Source of the DNA: Nitrospiraceae bacterium
GTDB taxonomy: Bacteria; Nitrospirota; Thermodesulfovibrionia; Thermodesulfovibrionales; UBA1546
NCBI GenBank assembly: GCA_003599795.1
Contig: QZJQ01000007.1
Coordinates: 1-58,909, forward strand
Length of the DNA stretch: 58,909 nt
Direction of reading: 5' to 3'
The notes beneath the pieces are model-generated. The model saw nothing but the letters and a program-made list of their open reading frames with translations, was not told the origin of the DNA and ran no database searches. This document shows positions 21,337 to 31,929 of this stretch, in pieces (positions within the stretch are counted from its first letter, which is position 1; each line of letters opens with the position of its first letter). Position numbers and translations under genes: made by a program.

Positions 21337-22665
21337 TCATATCCTCTGCCTGATTGATCCGCCCAAGGCGGATTTCCCTCTTAAATCATGCCCATTAACG
21401 CCGAAAAGATTTCTTACCCATTCTGTCATCCTGTCAAATATCCCGCCAAACATCTCTCCGTTAATTCCGAAAGCATTCGGAACAGTTTCGCCGTCCGTGC
21501 CGTGAAGAATAAGGCCTATGCCTGTTGAATACATCGGATTATTTACACTGCTCTGGAAGAGAGGCGAATTTAAAGCGCAGCTTGACTCTATTCCGGCAGG
21601 CATTCCGATTCTCACTGAAAGCCCCAGATTTGCCTCCATTAGCCTGTCAAGCCCTGCAAGCAGTGATGCGCCGCCTGTCAGTATAACTCCGGACAATCCG
21701 GGTTCAAGCCCGGCGCTGTTTTCTATCTCGCGTTTTATCAGTTCCGTAAGCTCCTCACACCTCGGCTGTATAATCTCTGCTATATACCGCCTCGGTATCT
21801 TTCTTACCTGTTTGTCGGCGCCTGCAACATCCATCTCCTCTGCTTCGTCAATCATACTTGTAATTGCACAGCCGTATTTTTTCTTTATCCTCTCCGCCTC
21901 CTGCACAGGGATTCTCAAGCCAATGCCTATATCATTCGTAAAATGATTGCCGCCAAGCGCAAGAACAGCTGTGTGCCTCAGGCTTCCGTCTTTATATATT
22001 GCAATGTCTGTTGTTCCTCCGCCTATATCAACGAGTGCTGTTCCGAGGTCTTTCTCGTCTTCCGTAAGCACCGCAGCCGCAGAGGCGATGGGCTCAAGCA
22101 CAATATCAATTACATCAATGCCTGCCCTTTCGCAGCACTTAAGAAGGTTCTGCACAGACGAGACAGCGCCCGTGACTATATGAACCTTAACCTCAAGCCT
22201 TACTCCGGCCATGCCAACAGGGTCTTTTATCCCATCCTGCCCGTCAAGTATGAATTCAGTGGGGATTACATGAAGAACCTCTCTGTCAAGCGGAACATAA
22301 ACCACGCTTGCAGAATCAATGGCGCGTTCAACATCCTGGTACTTTACTTCTTTCCCTTTTATGCCTACGGCCCCGTAACTTTCAAAACCCTTTATATGGC
22401 CTCCGGCAATCCCGACATAAACAGACTTTATTTCAATCCCGGCGATTGCCTCAGCGTCTTTTATTGCTTTTTTTATTGAATCAACCGTAGACTCTATATT
22501 TATAACAACGCCCTTTCTCAAGCCCGTTGAAGGAGCTGAACCTATTGCGATAATATCAGTCTTGCCGCCCCTTACCTCAGCAACAATGGCGCATATCTTT
22601 GTTGTGCCGACATCAAGCCCGACTACAATATTCCCTCTTCGTCCGAGCGGATCTTTTATTCTCAT
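21337..22665 (-). CDS. ftsA: Cell division protein FtsA
   Basis: GLDVGTTKI, DIGGGTTD, LTGGAS; dcw position. Confidence 0.96.
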   Translation of the reverse strand: MRIKDPLGRRGNIVVGLDVGTTKICAIVAEVRGGKTDIIAIGSAPSTGLRKGVVINIESTVDSIKKAIKDAEAIAGIEIKSVYVGIAGGHIKGFESYGAVGIKGKEVKYQDVERAIDSASVVYVPLDREVLHVIPTEFILDGQDGIKDPVGMAGVRLEVKVHIVTGAVSSVQNLLKCCERAGIDVIDIVLEPIASAAAVLTEDEKDLGTALVDIGGGTTDIAIYKDGSLRHTAVLALGGNHFTNDIGIGLRIPVQEAERIKKKYGCAITSMIDEAEEMDVAGADKQVRKIPRRYIAEIIQPRCEELTELIKREIENSAGLEPGLSGVILTGGASLLAGLDRLMEANLGLSVRIGMPAGIESSCALNSPLFQSSVNNPMYSTGIGLILHGTDGETVPNAFGINGEMFGGIFDRMTEWVRNLFGVNGHDLRGKSALGGSIRQRI

Positions 22666-23441
22666 CTTATGACCTCGTTAATAGGTTTAACTATGACCTT
22701 GTTTGCAAATCTAAGGTCAATGTAATCAACAGGAATTCCCCTCCGCATTATCTCATCTTCAAGCTCAAGCAGCCTTTGAAGCTTTTCATCATATTCCCCG
22801 TGCCCGACTTTTACGAGCATGCCGTCAACCTGCATGGAAATATCCTCCGGTTTCGCTCCATGAGGTATTATTATCTCTATGCGATCCTTCAGAGCGGTAA
22901 AACCCTTATCCTTCATGGTTCTCACAAGGCTCAGCACATCAGGAAAGACGCTGGCATTTTTGAACGGGTCTCCTGAAATTACCGGCAAAAAAGGAATGGA
23001 TTCTCCTTTTAATTCTTCAAGCATATTACCCTTATCATCCACAAAAAATGTTCGGCCGTTCATTTCAAGAAGAGCATAGGGCATGGACTCCTCAATCCTG
23101 ACCGTAAATTTATGCGGAAAATCCTTCCTGAAACTGACGGCCTTTATCCACGGTGATTTTAAAAGCCTTGCCTCAAGCTCTCCTGACGATAATCCCAAAA
23201 GGCTTTCATTCCCGTTAATTCCCATAATTGCCTTCAGCTCGCTGTCAGAGATATGTTTGTTGCCTGAAAACACGATTTCTTTTACCGGAAACATCGTCCT
23301 TCGCGCAGTATCAACGGCATATTTAGCGCCCCAGTATGCGCCTGTTATAAGCAAAACCAACGCAAATAACTTAAGCAGGCAGCGCCGTTTTTTAGCCTTT
23401 GGCGCCGCTCCCTGCTTATTTATCCTTCTGTTATTCCTCAT
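22662..23441 (-). CDS. ftsQ: Cell division protein FtsQ/DivIB
   Basis: Basic N-tail, single TM, POTRA, YIDLRF; between ddl and ftsA. Confidence 0.88.
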   Translation of the reverse strand: MRNNRRINKQGAAPKAKKRRCLLKLFALVLLITGAYWGAKYAVDTARRTMFPVKEIVFSGNKHISDSELKAIMGINGNESLLGLSSGELEARLLKSPWIKAVSFRKDFPHKFTVRIEESMPYALLEMNGRTFFVDDKGNMLEELKGESIPFLPVISGDPFKNASVFPDVLSLVRTMKDKGFTALKDRIEIIIPHGAKPEDISMQVDGMLVKVGHGEYDEKLQRLLELEDEIMRRGIPVDYIDLRFANKVIVKPINEVIR

Positions 23442-24406
23442 CTGTGCTTCCTTTGCTGCCTTTCAATTGCATGTTTAAGAATCTCCTCCGCGAGCGCGGG
23501 AAAATCAAGCCCTGCTTCCTTTGCAATCTTTGGCAGCAGGCTCGTTTCAGTCATGCCCGGTATTGTGTTGACTTCAAGCACATAAGGATTTCCGCCTTTA
23601 TCAATCCTCAAATCAACCCTTGTCGCGCCGGAACAGCCGAGCGCCCTGTTCGCAGAAAGCGCAATATCTTTTGCCTTCGTATACACTGCCTCATCTATTT
23701 GAGGAGGGAGTATATATTCAGTTAGGCCGGCTGTATACTTTGCCTCATAGCTGTAAAATTCAAGCGATGTTTTTACCTCAACGCCTCCGAGCGCTCTGTC
23801 ATTGAGAATCCCTATATGGATTTCCCTGCCCTCTATGTATTTTTCTATGATTACCTCGCTGCCGCATGAGAATCCGGCCTTGAGATCGCTTTCTATCTGT
23901 CCTTTGTCTTTCACTATGCTCACTCCGACGCTTGACCCCTCACTTACAGGCTTGACAACCCAAGGCAGAGGAAAGTTAGGAGTTAAGAGTTGCCCTCCTC
24001 GAGCGGGTTCGCCTGAGGCGAAAGAGTTGAGAGTTTCCGAGTTTTCACTGACGACTGTAAACGGCGGCACGGGAATCTTGTGATAAAGAAATATTTTCTT
24101 TGAAGCCGCCTTGTTCATTGCAACAGCCGAGGAAATAACATCAGATCCTGTATAGGGAATTCCCATAACTTCAAGAAGCCCCTGTATAGAGCCGTCTTCT
24201 CCCCATCCTCCGTGAAGAACAAGAAACGCTATGTCAATCTTCTCTTTTTTCAACGCCTCGCATATGTTGGGCCCCGCATCTATCGCAGCGGCATTATAGC
24301 CGAGTTTTTTCAGGGCCTTGAAAACCGCGCTTCCGCTTCTCAGCGAAACCTCCCTCTCGCTGGATGCGCCGCCCATTAGGACTCCTATCTTTTTAGTTGT
24401 TAACAT
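23438..24406 (-). CDS. ddl: D-alanine--D-alanine ligase (with in-frame repeat insertion)
   Basis: [39 protein letters not shown]. Confidence 0.95.
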   Translation of the reverse strand: MLTTKKIGVLMGGASSEREVSLRSGSAVFKALKKLGYNAAAIDAGPNICEALKKEKIDIAFLVLHGGWGEDGSIQGLLEVMGIPYTGSDVISSAVAMNKAASKKIFLYHKIPVPPFTVVSENSETLNSFASGEPARGGQLLTPNFPLPWVVKPVSEGSSVGVSIVKDKGQIESDLKAGFSCGSEVIIEKYIEGREIHIGILNDRALGGVEVKTSLEFYSYEAKYTAGLTEYILPPQIDEAVYTKAKDIALSANRALGCSGATRVDLRIDKGGNPYVLEVNTIPGMTETSLLPKIAKEAGLDFPALAEEILKHAIERQQRKHR

Positions 24407-24420
24407 AGCAACCTCTCAAC

Positions 24421-24480
24421 AGGGTTCAAGCAATTCAACCTTTCACCCGAACCCTTGAATCCTCTAACCCTCAAACCCTT
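24421..24480. repeat. Octamer tandem array (AACCCTTG-like)
   Basis: cccgaaccc ttgaatcc tctaaccc tcaaaccc, with a complementary agggttcaag upstream. Confidence 0.55.
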
Positions 24481-24481
24481 T

Positions 24482-25432
24482 TTATTCATCTCTCCCCACA
24501 ATCCTTATCTCCGTCTCAAGCTCTGTGCCGAAAACCTTCATTACCTTTTTTTTCACCTCATCCATAAGCTTCAAAAAATCTGACGCCTTCGCTTGGCCTT
24601 TATTGATAAAAAAATTTGCATGCACTCTGCTCACTTCAGCATCTCCAACCCGCATCCCCTTGCAGCCTGCTTCATCTATCAGCCTTCCTGCGGATGCGCC
24701 TCCGGGATTCTTAAATACGCAGCCCGCAGACATCTCTGACAGAGGCTGTGTCTCGCGTTTCTGCTTAAGAAAAGAATCTATCTTTTTTTCAACATCCTCC
24801 TTCACTTCCTTTCTCAGCCTCATGTTTGCGCTCAGGATAACAGCTCCTTCAGGCAGCATTGACGCCCTGTATTCAAGCCCGAGTTCAGAGACGCTCATCT
24901 CGTAAATCCCCTTATCAGAGTGCATTAATCTTACAGAGACAAGCGCATTCTTTATTGAATAGCCGAAGGCCCCTGCATTCCCCGCAATTGCGCCTCCGAC
25001 AGAGCCCGGTATGCCTACCAGGCCTTCAATGCCGGAGTATCCGTTTTCTCTTGAAAAACTCACAAGTTTTTGAAGCGGAGTTCCCGACTCGGCAAAAAAC
25101 AGGACCATATCCTTCTCTTCCTTTGCAATGTCATTGCGCCTGAAATTCTTCAATGAAATAACCACTCCGTATATCCCGCCGTCTTTCACAAGGATATTAG
25201 TGCCTCCGCCAACTGTCACAAAAGGTATGCGTTCTTCATTCAGCACGGTAAGAATGTTTTCCAGAGACACCGTGTCCTGCGGGCATGTGAAGACGTCTGC
25301 CTCGCCGCCTATCTGGAGATATGTATGCGCCTTCATGGGCTCCTTGAACTTCACCTCGCCATGAACTTCCAGGGAAGAAACCATCTTCTGCCACAGACGC
25401 TCATCCACTACAGTTTGCTTTTTAGTTGCCAT
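24482..25432 (-). CDS. murB: UDP-N-acetylmuramate dehydrogenase
   Basis: GGGTNILV, GIPGSVGGA..NAGA, SAGCVFKNP, HANF. Confidence 0.95.
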   Translation of the reverse strand: MATKKQTVVDERLWQKMVSSLEVHGEVKFKEPMKAHTYLQIGGEADVFTCPQDTVSLENILTVLNEERIPFVTVGGGTNILVKDGGIYGVVISLKNFRRNDIAKEEKDMVLFFAESGTPLQKLVSFSRENGYSGIEGLVGIPGSVGGAIAGNAGAFGYSIKNALVSVRLMHSDKGIYEMSVSELGLEYRASMLPEGAVILSANMRLRKEVKEDVEKKIDSFLKQKRETQPLSEMSAGCVFKNPGGASAGRLIDEAGCKGMRVGDAEVSRVHANFFINKGQAKASDFLKLMDEVKKKVMKVFGTELETEIRIVGRDE

Positions 25433-26831
25433 CGCCCCAGTCCTTTATTCTCTTTAATATCTCTTCCCCGAGTTTCCAGACATCTCCTGCGCCGAGTGTG
25501 AGAAGCACGTCTCCGCTTTTCAATCTCATAAGAAGATTTTCTATTAGTTTCTCCCTGTCGGGGAAATAAGAGGCATCCTTATGCCCGGTCTTTTTGATGC
25601 GGTCAAGCAGGGCCGTGGAATCAATGCCGTTTATCGGCTTTTCACCTGCTGAATATACGTCTGTCAAACAAAGAATATCAGCTTCAGAAAAACAGGATGC
25701 AAACTCATCCATGAGGTCTTTGGTTCTCGTATATCTGTGAGGCTGGAATATAACAACCAATCTTCCCGATAATACCGGGGCCTGCTTGGTAAGAAGCCCG
25801 TCCTTCGCCGCTTTCAGAGTGGCTTTTATTTCAGTGGGATGATGCCCGTAGTCATCAAAAATTTTTATCCCCTTTTCCTCGCCTTTTAATTCAAATCTCC
25901 TCTGTATACCGCTGAATTTTTTCAGGGCCTCTTTTATTACGCCTGTATCTATCTTCAATTCCCTTGCAACAACTATTGCCGCGAGGCTGTTGAGAATATT
26001 GTGCATGCCGGGCACAGGCAGGCTGAAATTGCCGAGGTTTTCTCCCTTATACACGACATTAAAACTCATTGTCATAAACCCTTTTCTTATATCATCTGCA
26101 TAAACGTCAGCGTCAGGCGAGAGCCCGTACGTTATATATCTTCCGTGCACATAAGGCAGAAGTTTACGAAGTTCCTCATTTTCAATGCATATTATTGACA
26201 CCCCGTAAAACGGAACCTTATTTATAAACGACAGAAAAGCATCCCTTAATGAATCCATTTTTTTAAAAAAATCCATGTGTTCCCTGTCTATATTTGTCAC
26301 AACCGCAAGGGTCGGAGAAAGCCTTAGGAATGAACCGTCGCTTTCGTCAGCCTCGGCCACAAGGAAATCTCCCTGCCCCAATCTTGCATTGCTACCCGTG
26401 GCCCTGAGTTTTCCTCCGATAACAACCGTTGGGTCCAGGCCGCTGCTTGCAATCACTGTTGCAATTAAAGAAGTTGTTGTTGTTTTGCCGTGCGCTCCTG
26501 CAATTAGAATCCCGTATTTCATTCTTGCGAGTTCAGCGAGCATCTCGGCTCTCGGGATTACAGGTATTGATTTTCTCTTTGCCTCAACCACCTCGGCATT
26601 GTCATTGGAAACAGCGGAAGATATAACCACAACATGGGCGTCATCAACATTTTCCGCTCTGTGCCCGATATATACCTTTATGCCGAGACTGCCAAGCCTG
26701 TTTGTAGTATCAGACTCCTTAACATCCGAGCCTGTGACTTCATAGCCGAGATTATGAAGGACCTCTGCTATGCCGCTCATCCCTATTCCTCCGATGCCTA
26801 CAAAGTGGATTATCCTGTATTGCTCAAACAT
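25422..26831 (-). CDS. murC: UDP-N-acetylmuramate--L-alanine ligase
   Basis: GIGGIGMSG, GAHGKTTT, EADESD, DDYGHHPTE. Confidence 0.97.
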   Translation of the reverse strand: MFEQYRIIHFVGIGGIGMSGIAEVLHNLGYEVTGSDVKESDTTNRLGSLGIKVYIGHRAENVDDAHVVVISSAVSNDNAEVVEAKRKSIPVIPRAEMLAELARMKYGILIAGAHGKTTTTSLIATVIASSGLDPTVVIGGKLRATGSNARLGQGDFLVAEADESDGSFLRLSPTLAVVTNIDREHMDFFKKMDSLRDAFLSFINKVPFYGVSIICIENEELRKLLPYVHGRYITYGLSPDADVYADDIRKGFMTMSFNVVYKGENLGNFSLPVPGMHNILNSLAAIVVARELKIDTGVIKEALKKFSGIQRRFELKGEEKGIKIFDDYGHHPTEIKATLKAAKDGLLTKQAPVLSGRLVVIFQPHRYTRTKDLMDEFASCFSEADILCLTDVYSAGEKPINGIDSTALLDRIKKTGHKDASYFPDREKLIENLLMRLKSGDVLLTLGAGDVWKLGEEILKRIKDWGDGN

Positions 26832-26844
26832 TTTCGCTCCAGCT

Positions 26845-26916
26845 AAATTTAAAATTTAAAAGTAAAAATTCAAAGATGATGAAGTCATTAATTTTGAATT
26901 TTTCATTTTGCATTTT
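26845..26916. repeat. Inverted heptamer arrays (AAAATTY / RATTTTK)
   Basis: aaattta aaattta aaagtaa aaattca ... aattttg aattttt cattttg catttt. Confidence 0.6.
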
Positions 26917-28012
26917 TATCTTTCCTCATAAGGCTCATCGCAATATCAACTATTTTATGGGCAGCATCCGGCCTGCCGACTGATCTGCTTTGCCTTTCCA
27001 TTTCATGCCTTAACTCTTTGTTCTCATAAAGCTCTCTTATATTTTCCGCCAGGATTTCTCCTGTTAAGGCCTGGTCCAGTATCATTTTTGACGCCTTAAG
27101 TTCAAGCAGCTTCCCGGCGTTAAGCTCCTGATGACGTCCTGCTGCATAGGGATACGGGATTAAGATTGCCGGCTTGCCGACGGCTGTGAGTTCAGCGAGG
27201 GTTGTCGCTCCAGCTCTTGATATCATTATGTCTGCAACCGCGTACGCCTCTGCCATTTGGTATATAAAAGGCGCCACCGTGCCGCTGAATCCCCACTTCC
27301 TGTAGGACTCCCTTACGAGCTCATAGTCCCTGTCGCCTGTCTGGTGCAGAAATTGTATTTTGTCTTTTAGGTCCAGCATATGATTAAAGGAATCTACCAC
27401 TGCGCGGTTTATGTTCCTTGCCCCGGAACTGCCGCCAAAGACAAACAGCGTAAACTTACTCCTGTCCAGTGAAAAGATGTCATAGGCAGCGTCCCTGTTT
27501 CCGGTTAAAATGCGCGTCCTGATAGGGTTCCCTGTAAAGAATGTCTTGGCCCTCGGGAAAAACGATATGCTTTCCTGATACGTTACCCCCACGGCTCCCG
27601 CAAATTTTCCAAGCAGTTTATTGGCAAGCCCCGGCACTGAATTTTGCTCCACTATCATTGAAGGGATTGACATAATGGATGCCGTAAGCACAGGGCCCAC
27701 AGACGCATAGCCTCCAACCCCTATTACAATATCGGGAGATACTGCCTTAAGAATTCCGTAAGAGTCAACAATTGAGAACAGCATCTTCCATAACGCTTTG
27801 ACCTTCCTTAACAGAGATACGCCGACAAAGCCTTCTGCCCGCAGAAATTTTATCGGATACCCCTCACGCGGAATAATCCTGGCCTCAATCCCGTGTTCCG
27901 TGCCTATGAATATCACTTCTGTTTTTTCCTCTCTTCTTTTCAATTCCTCTGCTATGGCTACGCCCGGGAAAATGTGCCCGCCGGTGCCTCCTCCTGCGAT
28001 AATCACACGCAT
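26903..28012 (-). CDS. murG: Undecaprenyl-PP-MurNAc-pentapeptide GlcNAc transferase
   Basis: GGGTGGH, GGSSGA, SRAGATT, HQELNA. Confidence 0.96.
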   Translation of the reverse strand: MRVIIAGGGTGGHIFPGVAIAEELKRREEKTEVIFIGTEHGIEARIIPREGYPIKFLRAEGFVGVSLLRKVKALWKMLFSIVDSYGILKAVSPDIVIGVGGYASVGPVLTASIMSIPSMIVEQNSVPGLANKLLGKFAGAVGVTYQESISFFPRAKTFFTGNPIRTRILTGNRDAAYDIFSLDRSKFTLFVFGGSSGARNINRAVVDSFNHMLDLKDKIQFLHQTGDRDYELVRESYRKWGFSGTVAPFIYQMAEAYAVADIMISRAGATTLAELTAVGKPAILIPYPYAAGRHQELNAGKLLELKASKMILDQALTGEILAENIRELYENKELRHEMERQSRSVGRPDAAHKIVDIAMSLMRKDKNAK

Positions 28013-28035
28013 ACAACATCCTCTGCAACAAAGTA

Positions 28036-28182
28036 GGGTTCGAGGGTTCGCGGGTTCGAGAGAAAATCCAAGAGTCCGAGCGTCAAAGTGTCAGCGTCTT
28101 CTACACTTTGATACTCTGATACTTTGATACTGTTTTTCTTTGATTCCTTGACCCCTTGACCCCTTGACCCCTTTTGACCCTT
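28036..28182. repeat. Compound octamer arrays between ftsW and murG
   Basis: (GGGTTCGA)x3, GTCAAAGT-like units, (CTTTGATA)x3, (TTGACCCC)x4. Confidence 0.75.
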
Positions 28183-29350
28183 AATTCTTTGTGCCATATA
28201 CCGCCCTCAATGCTTTTTTCCTCATTACCAGTTCTTTTGTCCTGTCAAAAACTCTTCTGCTGTCTTCTCCTTTTGAAAGATTAAGCAGAATGCCGACTGC
28301 CGCCATATTCACGAGCAGAGACGACCCCCCGTAACTTATAAACGGAAGCGGAAGCCCCTTTGTCGGAATCATCCCTGTTACAACAGAGAAATTTATCAGC
28401 GCCTGAAGCGCAATCATTATTGAAAGGCCGAAGGACAGATAATACACAAAGCTGTCTCTGGCCCTGTTAGTAACGGCAATTCCCCTCACAAACAACATCA
28501 CAAACAGCAAAACAATCACTCCCGCGCCTATCAGCCCGAGTTCTTCGCCTACGAGCGAAAAAATAAAATCCGTATGGGTTTCAGGCAGGAACAACAGCTT
28601 CTGCTTGCTCTCGCCAAGGCCCACTCCATTAATGCCTCCGCTGCCAAGGGCAATAAAGGATTGTATAAGCTGAAAGCCGCTTCCCTGAGGGTCATCCCAC
28701 GGATTAAGAAAAGACGTGACACGTTTCCACCTGTAAGGCTCTCTTATAAGTTTCACCACTACCGGGAGCGCAAATATTGCAATGGATAATAAATACCGCA
28801 ATTTCATGCCTGAAAAAAACAACATGGCAAGCGTAATTATGCCGAGGCTTATGGCAGCTCCAAAGTCAGGCTGTTTAAGGAATATAACCTGAAACACCGC
28901 CATAATTGCGACAGGCTTTATAAAAGAGGCAAAGCTGTCTGTCCTGTAATTATACGATGACATATATTTAGCAAGGAATATAACCATTGAAAGCTTTACC
29001 AGCTCCGAGGGCTGAAAGGTTGAGGGCCAAAGCTTCAGCCATCTTTTTGCTCCTCCTGCCGATATTCCCATTCCCGGAACAAAGACAAGGACAAGAAGCA
29101 GAAAGGAAAACACAAGCAAAGGCAGGGCTGCCTTCTTTAGCATCTCAGGCCTCAATCTGTAAGCGGCAAACATCACAGCAAATCCGAGCAGCATTGTAAA
29201 CAGATGCCTCTTAAAATAAAAAAACTGCGTCACATCTTTTTTTAACATCGCAGGGGATACAACTGCCGTTGAACTGTATATCATGAGCGCACCCAGTCCC
29301 AGCAAAAAAAACGTGATTAACAAAAGCCACCTGTCATACGTTTTATTCAT
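28181..29350 (-). CDS. ftsW: SEDS peptidoglycan polymerase FtsW
   Basis: GAKRW, QPSELVK, QPDFG, PETHTDFIF, PTKGLPLPFISYGGSS. Confidence 0.96.
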   Translation of the reverse strand: MNKTYDRWLLLITFFLLGLGALMIYSSTAVVSPAMLKKDVTQFFYFKRHLFTMLLGFAVMFAAYRLRPEMLKKAALPLLVFSFLLLVLVFVPGMGISAGGAKRWLKLWPSTFQPSELVKLSMVIFLAKYMSSYNYRTDSFASFIKPVAIMAVFQVIFLKQPDFGAAISLGIITLAMLFFSGMKLRYLLSIAIFALPVVVKLIREPYRWKRVTSFLNPWDDPQGSGFQLIQSFIALGSGGINGVGLGESKQKLLFLPETHTDFIFSLVGEELGLIGAGVIVLLFVMLFVRGIAVTNRARDSFVYYLSFGLSIMIALQALINFSVVTGMIPTKGLPLPFISYGGSSLLVNMAAVGILLNLSKGEDSRRVFDRTKELVMRKKALRAVYGTKN

Positions 29351-29351
29351 C

Positions 29352-30812
29352 TCAGTACAAATCCCTCACAATCTTTTTAAACTGCTCTCCCCTGTCTTTG
29401 TAATCCTTGAACATATCAAAACTCGCGCACGCGGGAGAGAGAAGCACAACATCGCCTTTTGACGCCGCTTTTCCGGAAATCATTACTGCTTCTCTCAGGC
29501 TGTCCGCAAAAACAGTCTCTGTCAGCCCGCCGAGAACTTCCTTTATCTTTTCTCTTGCCTCTCCGATGAGAACAAGTTTTTTTACCCTGCTTTTTACGAG
29601 AGGGCTCAGGAGAGAAAAATCTCCGTCCTTGTCCCTTCCGCCGGCAATTAAAATGACCGGTACTGAGAAACTCTCAAGCGACTTCACAACCGCATCCACA
29701 TTCGTGCCTTTTGAGTCATTGATGTAATCAACTCCCTCAAATTCCCTGACAAGTTCAAGGCGGTGTTCCAGCCCTTCAAACTCTTTTAAGACTTTCACTA
29801 CTGCCTCTGACGGACATCCTGCAAGGAGAGCCATGGCCGAAGCAGCCATGGCATTCTCCAGGTTGTGAACCCCTTTAATTTTTATTTCATCAGCGCGCAG
29901 AAGTTGAGAGTTAAGGGTTAAAAGCGAAGAATTGAAGTTAGAATAAATAACTCCGTCCTTGGAATAAATTCCGTTTACTTCTTTTTTACGGCTGAAGAAA
30001 TATACGTCAGGTAATCTTGAATCTTGAATCTTGAATCTTGAATCGTATAATCTCATTGTTTCCCTGTCATCCGCATTAAGGACAAGGTAATCTCCTTCCC
30101 CATGATTTGCGAATATCCGCGCCTTAGCATCCTTGTAATTCTCCATTGAATGATATCTGTCCATATGGTCAGGCGTGATATTGAGTATAGCTGCGCCTGC
30201 AGGCCTGAATGTCTCTATTGCCTCAAGCTGAAAACTTGACACCTCAGCGACGATGAAATCAACTTTTAATTTTTCACTTTTAACTTTCAACTTGTTAAGT
30301 TCCTCTGTGAGCGCATTCCCTATATTCCCTCCCATGACTGTCCTGAAACCGCCTTTATTCAGCATCTCATTTAACAGCGTTGTAGTGGTTGATTTTCCGT
30401 TTGTGCCTGTTATTGCCAGAAAGGGAATTGGGGATTGGGGATTAGGGATTGGAGTTGTTTCTTTTGCCAACCCCTGACCCCTAACCCCTAATCCCTGAGT
30501 TGCCTGATACGCAAGTTCAAGTTCACCGATAATTCTTATCCCCATCTCCCTTGCCTTCTTTAACGGAGCAATGTCCGACGGCACGCCCGGACTCAGCACT
30601 ATCATATCCACACCCTGCAGGATGCCGTCAGGATGCCCGCCGAGACTAAGCCTTATTGTAGGCAAAAGCCTCTCAACATATTTCATTAGCGCTTCTTTCG
30701 GCTTGCTGTCAGTAACCGTTACCTTTGCTCCAAAATGCGCAAGCAGATTTGAAGCGCCGGCTCCGCTCTCCGCAAGGCCGAAAACAAGTATATTCTTATT
30801 CTTTAGTTCCAT
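29352..30812 (-). CDS. murD: UDP-MurNAc-L-Ala--D-Glu ligase (four in-frame repeat insertions)
   Basis: TGTNGKSTT, EVSSFQL, NDSKGTN, SPACASFD; start ATG 30812 (MELKNK). Confidence 0.95.
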   Translation of the reverse strand: MELKNKNILVFGLAESGAGASNLLAHFGAKVTVTDSKPKEALMKYVERLLPTIRLSLGGHPDGILQGVDMIVLSPGVPSDIAPLKKAREMGIRIIGELELAYQATQGLGVRGQGLAKETTPIPNPQSPIPFLAITGTNGKSTTTTLLNEMLNKGGFRTVMGGNIGNALTEELNKLKVKSEKLKVDFIVAEVSSFQLEAIETFRPAGAAILNITPDHMDRYHSMENYKDAKARIFANHGEGDYLVLNADDRETMRLYDSRFKIQDSRLPDVYFFSRKKEVNGIYSKDGVIYSNFNSSLLTLNSQLLRADEIKIKGVHNLENAMAASAMALLAGCPSEAVVKVLKEFEGLEHRLELVREFEGVDYINDSKGTNVDAVVKSLESFSVPVILIAGGRDKDGDFSLLSPLVKSRVKKLVLIGEAREKIKEVLGGLTETVFADSLREAVMISGKAASKGDVVLLSPACASFDMFKDYKDRGEQFKKIVRDLY

Positions 30813-31929
30813 ACGCCACGTTTCTAATAATCCCTTTATTTTTTGTTTTTTTACCTTCCTCCGCAGGAACAGCATCTTCTTCTTTATCAGGCCTTGCCCT
30901 GTTAGTCTTCTTCTTTGATAAAACCCTGTCTGATTTTGTTTTATTATTTTTTGAATATGCCTTTAACTTTAAATTTTTATTTTTTGACTTTGTCGCCTCG
31001 GCAGTTCGCCCGCGGCGAGAACTTTTCTGATAATCCGCTTTTGTGAAATAAACAACAGGCTGTTCATTGCTTGCAATAACAGCAAAGCCTTTTGTTTCTA
31101 ACCGCTCCGCCTCATTCCACAAAGTCTCTCTGCTCTGCGCTCCCAGAATAGCAACTATCACCATTCCGCCTTCTTTTTCGCCGGCATACACAAAACAATG
31201 CCTCGCCGCTTTCGTATATCCCGTCTTTCCACCGACTGCGCCATTGTCAGACCACAGAAGCCTGTTAGTGTTCTCAAGGGCTATGGTCCTGCCCTGTTCC
31301 GTAGATATCTCAGCCTCTTTTTTGCCTAAAATCTCTCGTATCACAGGATATTTAAGCGCATGCCTCATTATCTTAGAGAGGTCATAAGCTGTTGTATGCT
31401 GGCCTTTCCCCGGAAGTCCTGTAGTATTTATAAACCTTGTATTATATGCCCCTATTGCAACAGCCTTTTTATTCATTAGCTGCACAAATTTCTTCTCCGA
31501 GCCCGCAACAACCTCTGCAAGGGCAAAAGCAGCGTCATTTGCCGACCTTATAAGAGCTGCATAAAGCAGGGTTTCCACAGTCAGGGTTTCTCCTGCCTTC
31601 AGCTTTGTCTCTTTAAGCGAGGGGACCTTTGCCGCCGCCTCGCTGATTGTCACTGTATCGCTCATGTCAGCCCTGTCAAGGACGACCATGGCTGTCACAA
31701 GTTTAGTTGTGCTTGCAGGAGGCAGTCTTAGGTTTGGATTTTTCGCAAACAACACCCTGCCTGTTGAAGCCTCCATGACAACCGCAGCCTTTGAGGAAAT
31801 TTCATCAGCAGATGCCGCAACGGCCAAAAATGCAAAATTTAAAATTAAAAATGCAAAAATAAAGAAGATTTTAAAATTTTGAATTGTAATTTTGAATTTT
31901 GATTTTTGAATTTTGAATTCCATTTTCAC
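30796..31929 (-). CDS. D-alanyl-D-alanine carboxypeptidase (peptidase S11) with basic C-terminal tail
   Basis: PASTTK, SAN and KTG motifs. Confidence 0.9.
   Translation of the reverse strand: MKMEFKIQKSKFKITIQNFKIFFIFAFLILNFAFLAVAASADEISSKAAVVMEASTGRVLFAKNPNLRLPPASTTKLVTAMVVLDRADMSDTVTISEAAAKVPSLKETKLKAGETLTVETLLYAALIRSANDAAFALAEVVAGSEKKFVQLMNKKAVAIGAYNTRFINTTGLPGKGQHTTAYDLSKIMRHALKYPVIREILGKKEAEISTEQGRTIALENTNRLLWSDNGAVGGKTGYTKAARHCFVYAGEKEGGMVIVAILGAQSRETLWNEAERLETKGFAVIASNEQPVVYFTKADYQKSSRRGRTAEATKSKNKNLKLKAYSKNNKTKSDRVLSKKKTNRARPDKEEDAVPAEEGKKTKNKGIIRNVAYGTKE

Noticed and set aside
25765-25800. Possible degenerate palindrome insertion in murC (QAPVLSG)
   Set aside because: Too degenerate to support without an ortholog alignment
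28003-28197. 64-aa ORF between ftsW and murG
   Set aside because: It is a translation of octamer arrays (KGQKGSRGQGVKE), with no SD or recognisable domain
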